NCBI GenBank assembly: GCA_964646395.1 | Contig: CAZYEM010000004.1 | Location: forward strand, 1 to 42,434 | DNA length: 42,434 nt | Direction of reading: 5' to 3' | Source: an uncultured Bacteroides sp. | GTDB taxonomy: Bacteria; Bacteroidota; Bacteroidia; Bacteroidales; JACABE01 | Shown here: piece by piece, positions 26,316 through 35,497 of the stretch | Position numbering within the stretch: the first letter of the stretch is position 1 | How the letters are laid out: every line of letters begins with the position of its first letter | Position numbers and translations under genes: made by a program | The notes under the pieces: generated by a model | What the model was told of the DNA's origin: nothing | The model's database searches: none | Seen by the model: the letters and a program-made list of their open reading frames with translations, nothing else

Positions 26316-27659
26316 TTACAAGCGTTTCTTTATTGATTCCGTTTCTTTTTCGAAACCCGGTTTGCCCAATAATGCAAACATATTCTTTTTGTAAGCTTCA
26401 ACACCCGGCTGATCAAATGGATTTACATCGAGCACATATCCGCTTAAGCCACAAGCAAATTCATAGAAATATATTAGTTCGCCCAGGTTATATTCATTCA
26501 TTTCGGGTAAAGAAATCTTGATATTTGGCACTTCGCCATCCACATGGGCAAGCATGGTGCCAATTTCTGCCATTCTGTTAACTTCGTTCATGCGTTTTCC
26601 GGCAATAAAATTAAGTCCATCCAGGTTATCACTATCCAATGGAACTTCGATGCTATGCTTTGGCTTTTCGATACTTAATACGGTTTCGAAAATATTGCGG
26701 ATTCCTTCCTGAATATATTGTCCCATCGAATGCAAATCGGTTGTAAAGCCAACACCTGCCGGAAATATTCCTTTGTTTTCCTTGCCTTCGCTTTCACCAT
26801 ACAACTGTTTCCACCATTCGGTTATGTAAAAAAGATTGGGTTGATAGTTTACCATAATTTCAATGGTTTTTCCTTTTTGCAAAAGTGCATTTCTTACAGC
26901 GGCATATTCCGATGCTGGATTATCAGCGATGCTTGATGATTTTGCCAGATAATTCTGCATGGCAACGGCACCTTCCACCAATTTGCGAATATCGAAACCG
27001 GCAACTGCAACCGGCAACAAACCTACCGGAGTTAATACCGAATATCTTCCGCCTACATCATCGGGAACCACATAAGTCTTATATCCTTCTATATCAGCCA
27101 GTGTTTTTAATGCTCCTCTTTCCTTATCGGTAATTGCGATGATACGCTTACGGGCATTCTCTTTTCCATATTTATTTTCCAGGTGATTTTTTAAAATCCT
27201 GAATGCAACTGCTGGTTCGGTGGTTGTTCCCGATTTTGATATTACCGTTAAGGCATAATCTCTCTCATTTAATATTTCGAGCAAATCAGCCATATAATCT
27301 TCGCTGATATTTTGACCGGCATAGATGACAACCGGGAATTTTCCATCCTTTTTGAATGCAGCAAAATTATGGCTCAATGCTTCGATTACTGCTCTGGCTC
27401 CCAGGTATGAACCTCCTATACCAATAACTACATACAATTCGGCTAACTGACTTATCTCTCTGGCATCTGCCTCTATTGCCGACAATAAAGCATCGTCAAT
27501 TTCGGATGGCAGCTTAACCCAACCCAGAAATTCGTTGCCTTTTCCGGTTTTCTTCAGCAATGCTTCATGGCTTTTATCTATCTCGTTCTGAAATGCATTA
27601 ATCTCGCTCTCAGAAACAAAATTATTTATTTTTGAATGGTCAATCTTTAAATGTATCAT
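26316..27659 (-). CDS. pgi: glucose-6-phosphate isomerase
   Basis: GIGGSYLG, SKSGTTTE, VGGRYS, QLYGESEGK, DLHSMGQ, PFDQPGVEAYK. Confidence 0.97.
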   Translation of the reverse strand: MIHLKIDHSKINNFVSESEINAFQNEIDKSHEALLKKTGKGNEFLGWVKLPSEIDDALLSAIEADAREISQLAELYVVIGIGGSYLGARAVIEALSHNFAAFKKDGKFPVVIYAGQNISEDYMADLLEILNERDYALTVISKSGTTTEPAVAFRILKNHLENKYGKENARKRIIAITDKERGALKTLADIEGYKTYVVPDDVGGRYSVLTPVGLLPVAVAGFDIRKLVEGAVAMQNYLAKSSSIADNPASEYAAVRNALLQKGKTIEIMVNYQPNLFYITEWWKQLYGESEGKENKGIFPAGVGFTTDLHSMGQYIQEGIRNIFETVLSIEKPKHSIEVPLDSDNLDGLNFIAGKRMNEVNRMAEIGTMLAHVDGEVPNIKISLPEMNEYNLGELIYFYEFACGLSGYVLDVNPFDQPGVEAYKKNMFALLGKPGFEKETESIKKRL

Positions 27660-27684
27660 GTGAAAAATGTTTTGTTTACGAATT

Positions 27685-27692
27685 CAAAAATA
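27685..27692 (-). promoter_or_regulatory. sigma-A -7 box for pgi
   Basis: TATTTTTG on the minus strand, 25 nt upstream of the ATG. Confidence 0.5.
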
Positions 27693-27733
27693 ATAAAAAT
27701 TCCACACATTGAAATATTATATTTGGAGATATT

Positions 27734-27858
27734 CCTTAAATCTGCAAGAATTTTTATTAGAGATTTATTAATAAACAGTTCCAACTTTTTCTTCTTTTGA
27801 TTTTTTTTAAGAATTTGTGTAATTCGTAGGCAATAAAAATAAATCTGTTCATATATGG
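27734..27858 (+). mobile_element. MITE-like dispersed repeat, copy C (~125 bp)
   Basis: left end CCTTAAATCTGCA; core 27812-27847 is 31/36 identical to 12505-12540. Confidence 0.65.
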
Positions 27859-27879
27859 AATTACAATACTTAACAATCG

Positions 27880-27887
27880 TATCTTTG
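27880..27887 (+). promoter_or_regulatory. sigma-A -7 box for the patatin gene
   Basis: TATCTTTG. Confidence 0.55.
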
Positions 27888-27933
27888 TATATATATTCAA
27901 ATAAATTTCATTTAAAGCTTTACATTTAAAAAA

Positions 27934-28821
27934 ATGAAGAAACCAGTATCCTTAGTCTTATCAAGTGGAGGTGCAAGAGGTATTGCACATATCGGTGTTA
28001 TTGAAGAACTCGAATATCAGGGATTTGAAATAAAATCAATTGCAGGAAGTTCGATGGGTGCTTTGGTTGGTGGAATTTATGCTTCGGGCAATTTACCCAA
28101 CTTCAGAGACTGGATTTGTAAACTCGACAAGAAAGCAGTATTTAATTTGATTGACTTTACCTTAAGCTCAAACGGATTGGTAAAAGGGAATAAAGTTATT
28201 AAGGAAATCAATAAGCTTGTACCCGATGTAAATATTGAAGATCTGCATATTTCATTTAAAGCCGTGGCTACTGATATTATTAATAAAAAGGAAATTATTA
28301 TTGAGAAAGGGAGCTTGATTGACGCAATAAGAGCATCAATTTCGATACCTACTGTATTTACTCCTTTTAAGCTGAATGAATTGATATTGGTTGATGGTGG
28401 CGTTTTAAACCCACTCCCGGTAAATCGTGTTGAAAGAAATGATAATGATTTGTTGATAGCTGTTGATGTAAATGCAGATTTTGCTCTGGAGAAACCAACG
28501 AATACTCATAACATATCTAACAATGAAGCACAAAGCGAATGGCATTATTTCCCTTTTATAAAGAAAAAAGGATTTATTTCAACGGCAAAAGATTCAGAAA
28601 AACAACTTAATTATTATACACTTATTTATAAAACAGCTGTAATGATGATGCAGCAAATATCTAAAATGTCTAAAGAAATGTATAAACCTGATATTGTCAT
28701 TGATATCCCTATAAACACTTATGGAGCTTTTCAGTTTTATAATGCTGATGAAATAATAGAATTAGGCAAAAAGGCTGCACAAAAAGCATTGGCAGCATAT
28801 TTTTCAATTTACAAAGCTTAG
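27934..28821 (+). CDS. patatin-like phospholipase (RssA/NTE family)
   Basis: SSGGARG oxyanion loop, GSSMG nucleophile, VDGG motif. Confidence 0.92.
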   Translation: MKKPVSLVLSSGGARGIAHIGVIEELEYQGFEIKSIAGSSMGALVGGIYASGNLPNFRDWICKLDKKAVFNLIDFTLSSNGLVKGNKVIKEINKLVPDVNIEDLHISFKAVATDIINKKEIIIEKGSLIDAIRASISIPTVFTPFKLNELILVDGGVLNPLPVNRVERNDNDLLIAVDVNADFALEKPTNTHNISNNEAQSEWHYFPFIKKKGFISTAKDSEKQLNYYTLIYKTAVMMMQQISKMSKEMYKPDIVIDIPINTYGAFQFYNADEIIELGKKAAQKALAAYFSIYKA

Positions 28822-29025
28822 GTTTCAAAATATTTTATTTTCCATTTAATATAAGATTTTATAAATGATTTTTCAAAATTGAGCTCTAATACAATAATTT
28901 TAATCGATTTTAGAAGTATCTTGTTTTTAAAGTTTTTCATCTATACTATTAATAATTCATCTCATCCATTTCCATTATTAATCAATACGATAATAAAAAT
29001 AACAGATTAATAACAAAAAATAATT

Positions 29026-29045
29026 TCAATTAAACGTTTGTTTGA
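29026..29045. promoter_or_regulatory. putative TetR operator 1 (autoregulation)
   Basis: TCAATTAAACGTTTGTTTGA imperfect palindrome just upstream of the -7 box TAATTTTG (29057-29064). Confidence 0.65.
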
Positions 29046-29080
29046 TTTTTTTGAATTAATTTTGCGTCATCAAATATACT

Positions 29081-29710
29081 ATGGAAAACAATAAAAAAAT
29101 ATGTGGAGATGCCTTTGAGAGAATAGTAGATGCAAGTGCCGAACTATTTGCAGAAAATGCATTTCACTCTGTTGGAGTTAGAGAAATTGCGAATAAAGCC
29201 AACGTAAATATCTCTATGATTTCTTATTATTTTGGAGGTAAAGCAGGGATTTTAATTGAAATTCTCAATCGTTTTTTTGATATGCAGTTGAATACAATGA
29301 AAATGTCAATTTTAGAAAGCGATACAAAAGAAGAAAGCATCAAAAGATTATTTAAGAATATTGTTTCTATGGTTAGAGCGCATACTAATATTTGCTTGAT
29401 CGGATTTAGTGATTTACCTAATAATGTTCCTGAAGTTTACGAACTTAAAGTGAATAAAACCCATCAAATGATGGAAATGGGTAATCAGATTTCTACCAAG
29501 TTTTGTATTGATTTTTGTAAAGATGATATTTCACATATTTTGGGTCCTGCTATGATGAGTATGTTGATTTCGCATTTTACACACAAGAATTTTATATCCC
29601 AGATTTATAAAATTGAATTCGATAATAATTACTATGATACTTATTGCAACACTTTAGCAGAATTGTTTTTATATGGTATAACAGGATTTTCTAAAGAAAA
29701 GAAGCAATAA
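29081..29710 (+). CDS. TetR/AcrR-family transcriptional regulator
   Basis: IVDASAELFAENAFHSVGVREIANKANVNISMISYYFGGK HTH. Confidence 0.93.
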   Translation: MENNKKICGDAFERIVDASAELFAENAFHSVGVREIANKANVNISMISYYFGGKAGILIEILNRFFDMQLNTMKMSILESDTKEESIKRLFKNIVSMVRAHTNICLIGFSDLPNNVPEVYELKVNKTHQMMEMGNQISTKFCIDFCKDDISHILGPAMMSMLISHFTHKNFISQIYKIEFDNNYYDTYCNTLAELFLYGITGFSKEKKQ

Positions 29711-29727
29711 TTTTTTTTAGAAAAAGA

Positions 29728-29787
29728 ATTAAACAAATGTTTGTTCTTAATTTTTATTACTATAATATTAAACAAATGTTTGTATAA
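29728..29787. promoter_or_regulatory. putative TetR operators 2 and 3
   Basis: identical 17-mer ATTAAACAAATGTTTGT at 29728-29744 and 29767-29783, with palindromic core ACAAA-TG-TTTGT. Confidence 0.7.
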
Positions 29788-29809
29788 ACCATCTAATTAA
29801 AAAAAGAAA

Positions 29810-30502
29810 ATGAATTACGCAATTATAGCAGCAGGAGAAGGCAGCAGATTAAGTCGGGAAGGACTTAAAATGCCGAAACCATTGGTTGAAATAAATGGTA
29901 AACCTATGATAAAAAGACTATTAGATGTCTTTGAAATAAACAGTGCAAAAAATATCAGCATAATAATTAATGAATCAATTTTAGAAGTAAAAAATTATAC
30001 AGAATTACTGGGTTATGATTTTCAGCTTAAATTTAAAATAAAATCTACGCCAAGCTCCATGCATAGTTTATATGAAATGAAAGAAATGATTGAAAAGGAA
30101 ATATTTTGCTTAACAACAGTTGATACTGTCTTTAAACCTGATGAATTTAAAGCATTTATAGAATATGCAGCTAAGCAAACAGATAAAGATGCAGTAATGG
30201 CCGTTACCTCTTTTGTAGATGACGAAAAGCCTTTATATATTAAAACAGAAGAAGATAGAATAGTTGAATTTTCAGATATTAAATCAGATTCACAATTTGT
30301 CTCTGGTGGAATTTATTTTTTTAAACCAAGTATCTGGGAGGTTCTGGAACAGTCAATTACAAAAGGAAACCAAAGAATGAGAAATTTTCAACGCGATTTG
30401 CTTAAAGCTGGATTAAATATTGGTTTTTATGAATTCTCAAAGATTATAGATGTTGATCATGCGGAAGATATAAATACTGCAGAAGCATTTTTAAATTCAT
30501 AA
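29810..30502 (+). CDS. nucleotidyltransferase (putative inositol-phosphate cytidylyltransferase; IPCT/LicC-like)
   Basis: IIAAGEGSRL...PKPLV and DVDHAED motifs; substrate inferred from the operon context. Confidence 0.82.
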   Translation: MNYAIIAAGEGSRLSREGLKMPKPLVEINGKPMIKRLLDVFEINSAKNISIIINESILEVKNYTELLGYDFQLKFKIKSTPSSMHSLYEMKEMIEKEIFCLTTVDTVFKPDEFKAFIEYAAKQTDKDAVMAVTSFVDDEKPLYIKTEEDRIVEFSDIKSDSQFVSGGIYFFKPSIWEVLEQSITKGNQRMRNFQRDLLKAGLNIGFYEFSKIIDVDHAEDINTAEAFLNS

Positions 30503-30513
30503 ATTTAAATAAT

Positions 30514-31431
30514 ATGGGAAATAAAATATTAATTACAGGAATATCAAGAGGTGAAATTTATTCGCCTAATCACACGAACAATGATGAAATGATTTTTCAG
30601 CAGGTTGCTGATGAATTGAATAATATGGGTGCTGATTTACAGTTGATGAATGAAAAGGCTTTTCTTGAATCAAAAGTTGAAGGAGATGTTTTGTTTTCAA
30701 TGGTTAGAAGCCCAAAATCTGTTGAGAAACTGATAAAAATGGAAGAAAAAGGAGCTTTGATAATTAATTCAGGAACTTCTATAAATAATTGTTACAGAGC
30801 TAATCTTACTAAAATTTTGATTAATAACCATATTCCCTATCCAAAATCTATTATTGTAAAAACCAATGATGTGGTTTGGGAAGAATTAAATGTTTTTGAA
30901 AAATATCCGGTTTGGATAAAACGAGGAGATGTACATGCTATTCATAAAGAGGATGTTGTGTTAGCATATAGCATAGCTGAAACCAATAACGTTTTATCTG
31001 AATTTGAAAAAAGAGGAATTAAAGTAGCAGTAATAATGGAACATATTCATGGAGACATTATTAAGTTTTATGGTGTTAGGGAATCAGGTTATTTTCATTG
31101 GTTTAATTTGCTCGATACCAATCATTCTAAATTTAATATCGAAAAAGATGTAAACAGTAATAATCATACAGAATTTGATGTAAATGAATTACAGCTAATA
31201 GCAGAAAAAGCAGCACAACTTGCTGGTATTTATATTTATGGTGGAGATGTAATTGTTCGTAAAGATGGTAGCTTATGTTTAATTGATTTGAACGATTGGC
31301 CTAGTTTTGCTCCTATTAGGGATATTGCTTCAAAACAAATTGCAAAGTTAATTTTCAGTATGGCTGATAAATATGTTCAGGAAAAAGAAAGAAATCAGTC
31401 ATTTAAGTGTCAAAATAAAATTGCAGGTTAA
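30514..31431 (+). CDS. ATP-grasp protein, candidate ITPK1-like inositol-phosphate kinase
   Basis: NCYR, YPVWIKRGDVH, MEHIHGDIIKFYGV, IYGGDVIV, IDLNDWPSF; the fold call is firm, the function is inferred. Confidence 0.65.
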   Translation: MGNKILITGISRGEIYSPNHTNNDEMIFQQVADELNNMGADLQLMNEKAFLESKVEGDVLFSMVRSPKSVEKLIKMEEKGALIINSGTSINNCYRANLTKILINNHIPYPKSIIVKTNDVVWEELNVFEKYPVWIKRGDVHAIHKEDVVLAYSIAETNNVLSEFEKRGIKVAVIMEHIHGDIIKFYGVRESGYFHWFNLLDTNHSKFNIEKDVNSNNHTEFDVNELQLIAEKAAQLAGIYIYGGDVIVRKDGSLCLIDLNDWPSFAPIRDIASKQIAKLIFSMADKYVQEKERNQSFKCQNKIAG

Positions 31432-31434
31432 TTA

Positions 31435-32361
31435 ATGGAGGAATTGAAAATGGAATCTAAAAAAACGGATTACGAATCAACCTTAAAATCCAGAGATACG
31501 GAAGAAACATTGGATATCTGGTTTAATCGTCCCATTGGTTTTAAATGGGCATTGCTTTGCAAAAAGCTTGGAATTAAGCCTAATCCGGTAACAATAGTAA
31601 GTATAATATTAGGAGTGGCTTCCGGATATTTTTTCTTGTATTCAGATTTAAAAATGAATATTATCGGTATGTTTTTACTTATATTGGCAAATACATTGGA
31701 TAGTGCTGATGGTCAGCTTGCCCGAATGACCAACCAACAAAGCAGATTAGGTAGGGTTTTGGATGGATTGGCAGGAAATCTTTGGTTTATAAGTATTTAT
31801 TTCTTTATTTCCTTACGACTTATGAATGAAGGTTATCCGCTTACCATTTTTATTCTGGCTGCAATTACCGGATTTTTCCATTCATTTCAGGCTGCCATGG
31901 CTGATTATTATCGCAATGCACATTTGTTTTTTGTCAAAGGTAAAGATGGTAGTGAATTTGATAATTCTTCAAAAGTTAGACTTGAATTTAATCAGATTAG
32001 TTGGACAAAAAATTTCTGGAATAAGCTTTGGCTTCGTATTTATTTGAATTACACGTCTCAACAGGAAATTCTATCGAAGAATCTACAAAAACTGATGAAA
32101 CTTATTCAGGAAAAATATAAAGGCATTGTTCCAGAATGGTTGGCAATTGAATTTCGTCAGCTGAACAAACCTTTAATGAAATATACCAATATGCTTACTT
32201 TTAATACAAGAGCGATTGCACTTTTTGTTGCTATGTTTTTGGATAATGTTTTGTTATATTGGATTTTTGAACTTACAGTTCTAAATGTTATGCTAATATA
32301 CATGGTTGTCCGTCAGGAAATTATAAGTAAAAATATGTATCGTAAAGCAGTTAATGAATAA
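31435..32361 (+). CDS. CDP-alcohol phosphotransferase family membrane protein
   Basis: PNPVT, DSADGQLAR...GRVLD motif, multiple TM helices. Confidence 0.9.
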   Translation: MEELKMESKKTDYESTLKSRDTEETLDIWFNRPIGFKWALLCKKLGIKPNPVTIVSIILGVASGYFFLYSDLKMNIIGMFLLILANTLDSADGQLARMTNQQSRLGRVLDGLAGNLWFISIYFFISLRLMNEGYPLTIFILAAITGFFHSFQAAMADYYRNAHLFFVKGKDGSEFDNSSKVRLEFNQISWTKNFWNKLWLRIYLNYTSQQEILSKNLQKLMKLIQEKYKGIVPEWLAIEFRQLNKPLMKYTNMLTFNTRAIALFVAMFLDNVLLYWIFELTVLNVMLIYMVVRQEIISKNMYRKAVNE

Positions 32362-33370
32362 TATGAAATCAAAGTTTCTTAATTATCAGACATTGTTTTT
32401 CCTGATTGGTGTAGGAATGCTTGGTTATTTGGTTTATAAGTTAGGGTTTCACACAATTATTGAGAATATTGCAAAAACCGGTTGGTGGTTTTTTGGAGTA
32501 ATTGGTATATGGCTGATAATATATTATTTAAATGCTTTAGCCTGGTTTTATATAATTGGAAAAGAAAAGAATGGCATTAAGTTTTCAAGTATTTTTAAAT
32601 TTACCATTAGTGGATTTGCTATCAATTATATAACTCCATTTATTAGTTTGGGTGGCGAACCATATAAAGTATTGGAATTAAATAAACATTTAGATAAAAC
32701 ACATTCAACATCTACTGTAATATCATACAATATGATGCATATTTTTTCTCATTTTTTCTTTTGGTTAACTGCAGTTATTGCCTTGCTTTTCACGTTAAAA
32801 AATGAGATGAAAACAGAGTTTTTACTAATTTCCGCTTTGCTTATTTGTATTGTTGTTATTTATTTATTTTATGTTGCTTTTCAAAAAGGGATTGTAGAAT
32901 TGGCAATTAAAACCTTTGCTAAAATCTATTTTGCACGATTGTTTGTAAAAAAAATAAAAGATAAACAAGAATTACTTCAGGAAGTTGATGGTTATATCAT
33001 AGATTTGTATTCTAAAAGAAGAATGAACTTTTATTATATACTTTTTCTGGAATATTTTGCACGAATAATAGGGTGTTTGGAATTCTACTTTATTTTAAAA
33101 GCTATATCTATAAATATCAGCTTTATTGATGCCTTTCTAATAAGTGCAGGTTCATCGCTTTTTGCTAATTTGCTTTTCTTTATTCCGCTTCAGATGGGAT
33201 CGCGTGAAAGTGGTTTTTATTTGGTTTTTCAGAGTTTGGGTTTAACACCAGCAATAGGAATTTATGTAAGTTTAATTACAAGAATAAGAGAGTTTTTCTG
33301 GATATTAGTTGGATTGATTTTAATAAAAGTAAAACCAAAGAATAATTTAATTAGTGTTGAATATGAATAA
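32354..33370 (+). CDS. lysylphosphatidylglycerol-synthase TM-domain (UPF0104, flippase-like) membrane protein
   Basis: about 8 TM segments; N.ITPF.SLGGEPYK and P.QMG.RE.G motifs. Confidence 0.85.
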   Translation: MNNMKSKFLNYQTLFFLIGVGMLGYLVYKLGFHTIIENIAKTGWWFFGVIGIWLIIYYLNALAWFYIIGKEKNGIKFSSIFKFTISGFAINYITPFISLGGEPYKVLELNKHLDKTHSTSTVISYNMMHIFSHFFFWLTAVIALLFTLKNEMKTEFLLISALLICIVVIYLFYVAFQKGIVELAIKTFAKIYFARLFVKKIKDKQELLQEVDGYIIDLYSKRRMNFYYILFLEYFARIIGCLEFYFILKAISINISFIDAFLISAGSSLFANLLFFIPLQMGSRESGFYLVFQSLGLTPAIGIYVSLITRIREFFWILVGLILIKVKPKNNLISVEYE

Positions 33371-33371
33371 A

Positions 33372-34079
33372 ATGGAAAATATTAAAGGAGTATTATTTGA
33401 TTTTGGTGGAACCATAGATACAAATGGAATCCATTGGAGTGAAATGATTTGGATGGCTTATGAATCGAATAAAATCGGAGTTAAAAAGAACAATTATGAA
33501 AAAGCATACATATTTGCAGAAAGAAGTTTGAATACCAGAGGAATTCTTAAAACAACAACTTTTTATGAGATGCTTATTCAAAAACTAAATTTACAGTTGC
33601 AATTTCTGGCTAGAGAAAAACACTTGGGAAACATTTTAATTGAAACTATTGCAAAACAATTGGTTGACACTTGCTATGAGAAAGTGAAAACAACTATAAA
33701 TATTCAAAAAGAGATACTTATTTATCTGAAAAATGAATATAAATTAGGTTTGGTTTCAAATTTTTATGGAAATCTAAAAACAGTAATTGATGAGTTTGAT
33801 TTACAGGATATTTTTTCAGAAATATTAGATTCACAACTTATTGGATTAAGGAAACCTGATCCTTTATTATGGAAAACTGCTGTTAAGCTTCTTGATTTGC
33901 AAGCAGAAGAAACAGTTATAGTTGGAGATTCTTATATAAATGATATTGCTCCAGCTAAATATCTGGACTGTAAAGCAATTTGGATAAAAGGGAAAAGCTG
34001 GCAAGATCAGAATCAGTTTGAACATTTTTCAGCTGATCAGATAATCTATTCATTAAATGAGCTAAAAATAATATTATAA
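33372..34079 (+). CDS. HAD-superfamily hydrolase/phosphatase (alternative ATG at 33363)
   Basis: LFDFGGT, VSN, RKPDP, VGDSYINDI (HAD motifs I-IV). Confidence 0.88.
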   Translation: MENIKGVLFDFGGTIDTNGIHWSEMIWMAYESNKIGVKKNNYEKAYIFAERSLNTRGILKTTTFYEMLIQKLNLQLQFLAREKHLGNILIETIAKQLVDTCYEKVKTTINIQKEILIYLKNEYKLGLVSNFYGNLKTVIDEFDLQDIFSEILDSQLIGLRKPDPLLWKTAVKLLDLQAEETVIVGDSYINDIAPAKYLDCKAIWIKGKSWQDQNQFEHFSADQIIYSLNELKIIL

Positions 34080-34104
34080 TATTAACATATTAAAAAACAA
34101 TAAA

Positions 34105-35433
34105 ATGCAAACAAATAAAAAAATAAATGTTGAGTTGCCTAAAGGTAAAATGGGCGTTTTAATTGTGGGAATGAATGGTGCTGTTTCTACAACTTTTATT
34201 GCAGGAACACTTGCAGTCAGAAAAGGATTAAATGCTCCTGTAGGTTCTCTTACTCAGATGGGTACAATTAGAATAGGAAACAGAAATGAAAATAATTTTC
34301 CAAAAATAAAGGATTTTGTACCTTTAACGCAACTTAACGATATTGTATTTGGTGGTTGGGATATCAGAGATGAAAATGCGTATGAATCAATTTTATATGC
34401 AAAAGTTCTCGACACACGTGATGTTGAAGATGTTAAAGATGAATTGAGGTTAATTAAACCAATGAAAGCTGTTTTTGATAGTTATTATGTTAAACGCTTG
34501 CATAGTGAATGGATTAAAAAGGGAGAAACCAAATATGATCTGATGTTGCAATTGCGTGAAGATATCCGTAGATTCAAATCAGAAAATAACCTTGACAGAT
34601 TGGTAACTGTTTGGTGTGGAAGTACAGAGATTTTTATACCTGAAGCTGAAGTTCATCAATCTTTGAGTGCATTTGAAAAAGGAATGAAAGAAAATCATAT
34701 CGATATTGCACCAAGTATGTTATATGCTTATGCATCTGTTGCAGAAGGTGTTCCTTATATAAATGGTGCTCCAAATTTATCTGTGGATATGCCTGCAATT
34801 TGGGAACTTGCAGCTACTAATAATGTTCCTTTGTGTGGAAAAGATTTTAAGACAGGTCAAACGATGATTAAAACCGTACTTTCTCCTATGATTAAAACCA
34901 GAATGCTGGGTCTGGATGGTTGGTACTCAACTAATATTCTTGGAAATCGTGACGGTGAAGTTCTTGATGATCCTGAATCATTTAAAACCAAAGAAGAAAG
35001 TAAGCTTTCGGTAATTGATTCTATTCTTCAGCCTGAGTTATATCCGGAATTATATGGCGATTATGATCATAAAGTAAGAATAAATTATTACAAACCTCGT
35101 GGCGACAACAAAGAAGGCTGGGATAATATTGATATTTTTGGCTGGATGGGTTACAAAATGCAATTGAAAGTAAATTTCTTATGCCGCGATTCCATATTGG
35201 CTGCTCCACTGGTTTTAGATTTAGTTTTGTTTATGGATTTAGCAAAACGTGCTGGCTTTAAAGGTATTCAATCTTGGCTTTCTTTCTATTTCAAAAGCCC
35301 TATGCATGCAAAAAATGTAGTTCCCGAACATGATTTATTCATTCAATCCATTAAGTTGAAAAATACCTTAAGGGAAATAATGAATGAAAAACCAATTGAT
35401 TTTCTGGACGAAAAAATTGAACTTTTTAAATAA
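34105..35433 (+). CDS. ino1: myo-inositol-1(3)-phosphate synthase (MIPS)
   Basis: VFGGWDI, WCGSTE, NGAP, GKDFKTGQT, NILGNRDG, GDNKEGWD, CRDSILAAPLVLDL. Confidence 0.96.
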   Translation: MQTNKKINVELPKGKMGVLIVGMNGAVSTTFIAGTLAVRKGLNAPVGSLTQMGTIRIGNRNENNFPKIKDFVPLTQLNDIVFGGWDIRDENAYESILYAKVLDTRDVEDVKDELRLIKPMKAVFDSYYVKRLHSEWIKKGETKYDLMLQLREDIRRFKSENNLDRLVTVWCGSTEIFIPEAEVHQSLSAFEKGMKENHIDIAPSMLYAYASVAEGVPYINGAPNLSVDMPAIWELAATNNVPLCGKDFKTGQTMIKTVLSPMIKTRMLGLDGWYSTNILGNRDGEVLDDPESFKTKEESKLSVIDSILQPELYPELYGDYDHKVRINYYKPRGDNKEGWDNIDIFGWMGYKMQLKVNFLCRDSILAAPLVLDLVLFMDLAKRAGFKGIQSWLSFYFKSPMHAKNVVPEHDLFIQSIKLKNTLREIMNEKPIDFLDEKIELFK

Positions 35434-35453
35434 TTTGTTGATTTGATATTATT

Positions 35454-35484
35454 AGCAGGGAAGTATTGTGCTTCCCTGCTTTTT
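35454..35484 (+). terminator. intra-cluster hairpin / probably leaky terminator after MIPS
   Basis: AGCAGGGAAG-N7-CTTCCCTGCT with a short T tail. Confidence 0.7.
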
Positions 35485-35497
35485 AAAATAAGAAAAT

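Noticed and set aside
29728-29783. Two identical 17-mers as a mini-CRISPR
   Set aside because: Only two units, too short, 22-nt spacer, no cas genes; the palindromic core beside tetR fits operators.
33372-34079. HAD motif I reading DFGGT instead of DxDGT as a sign of inactivity
   Set aside because: Loss of the second Asp is common in active HAD subfamilies; the nucleophile Asp and motifs II-IV are intact.
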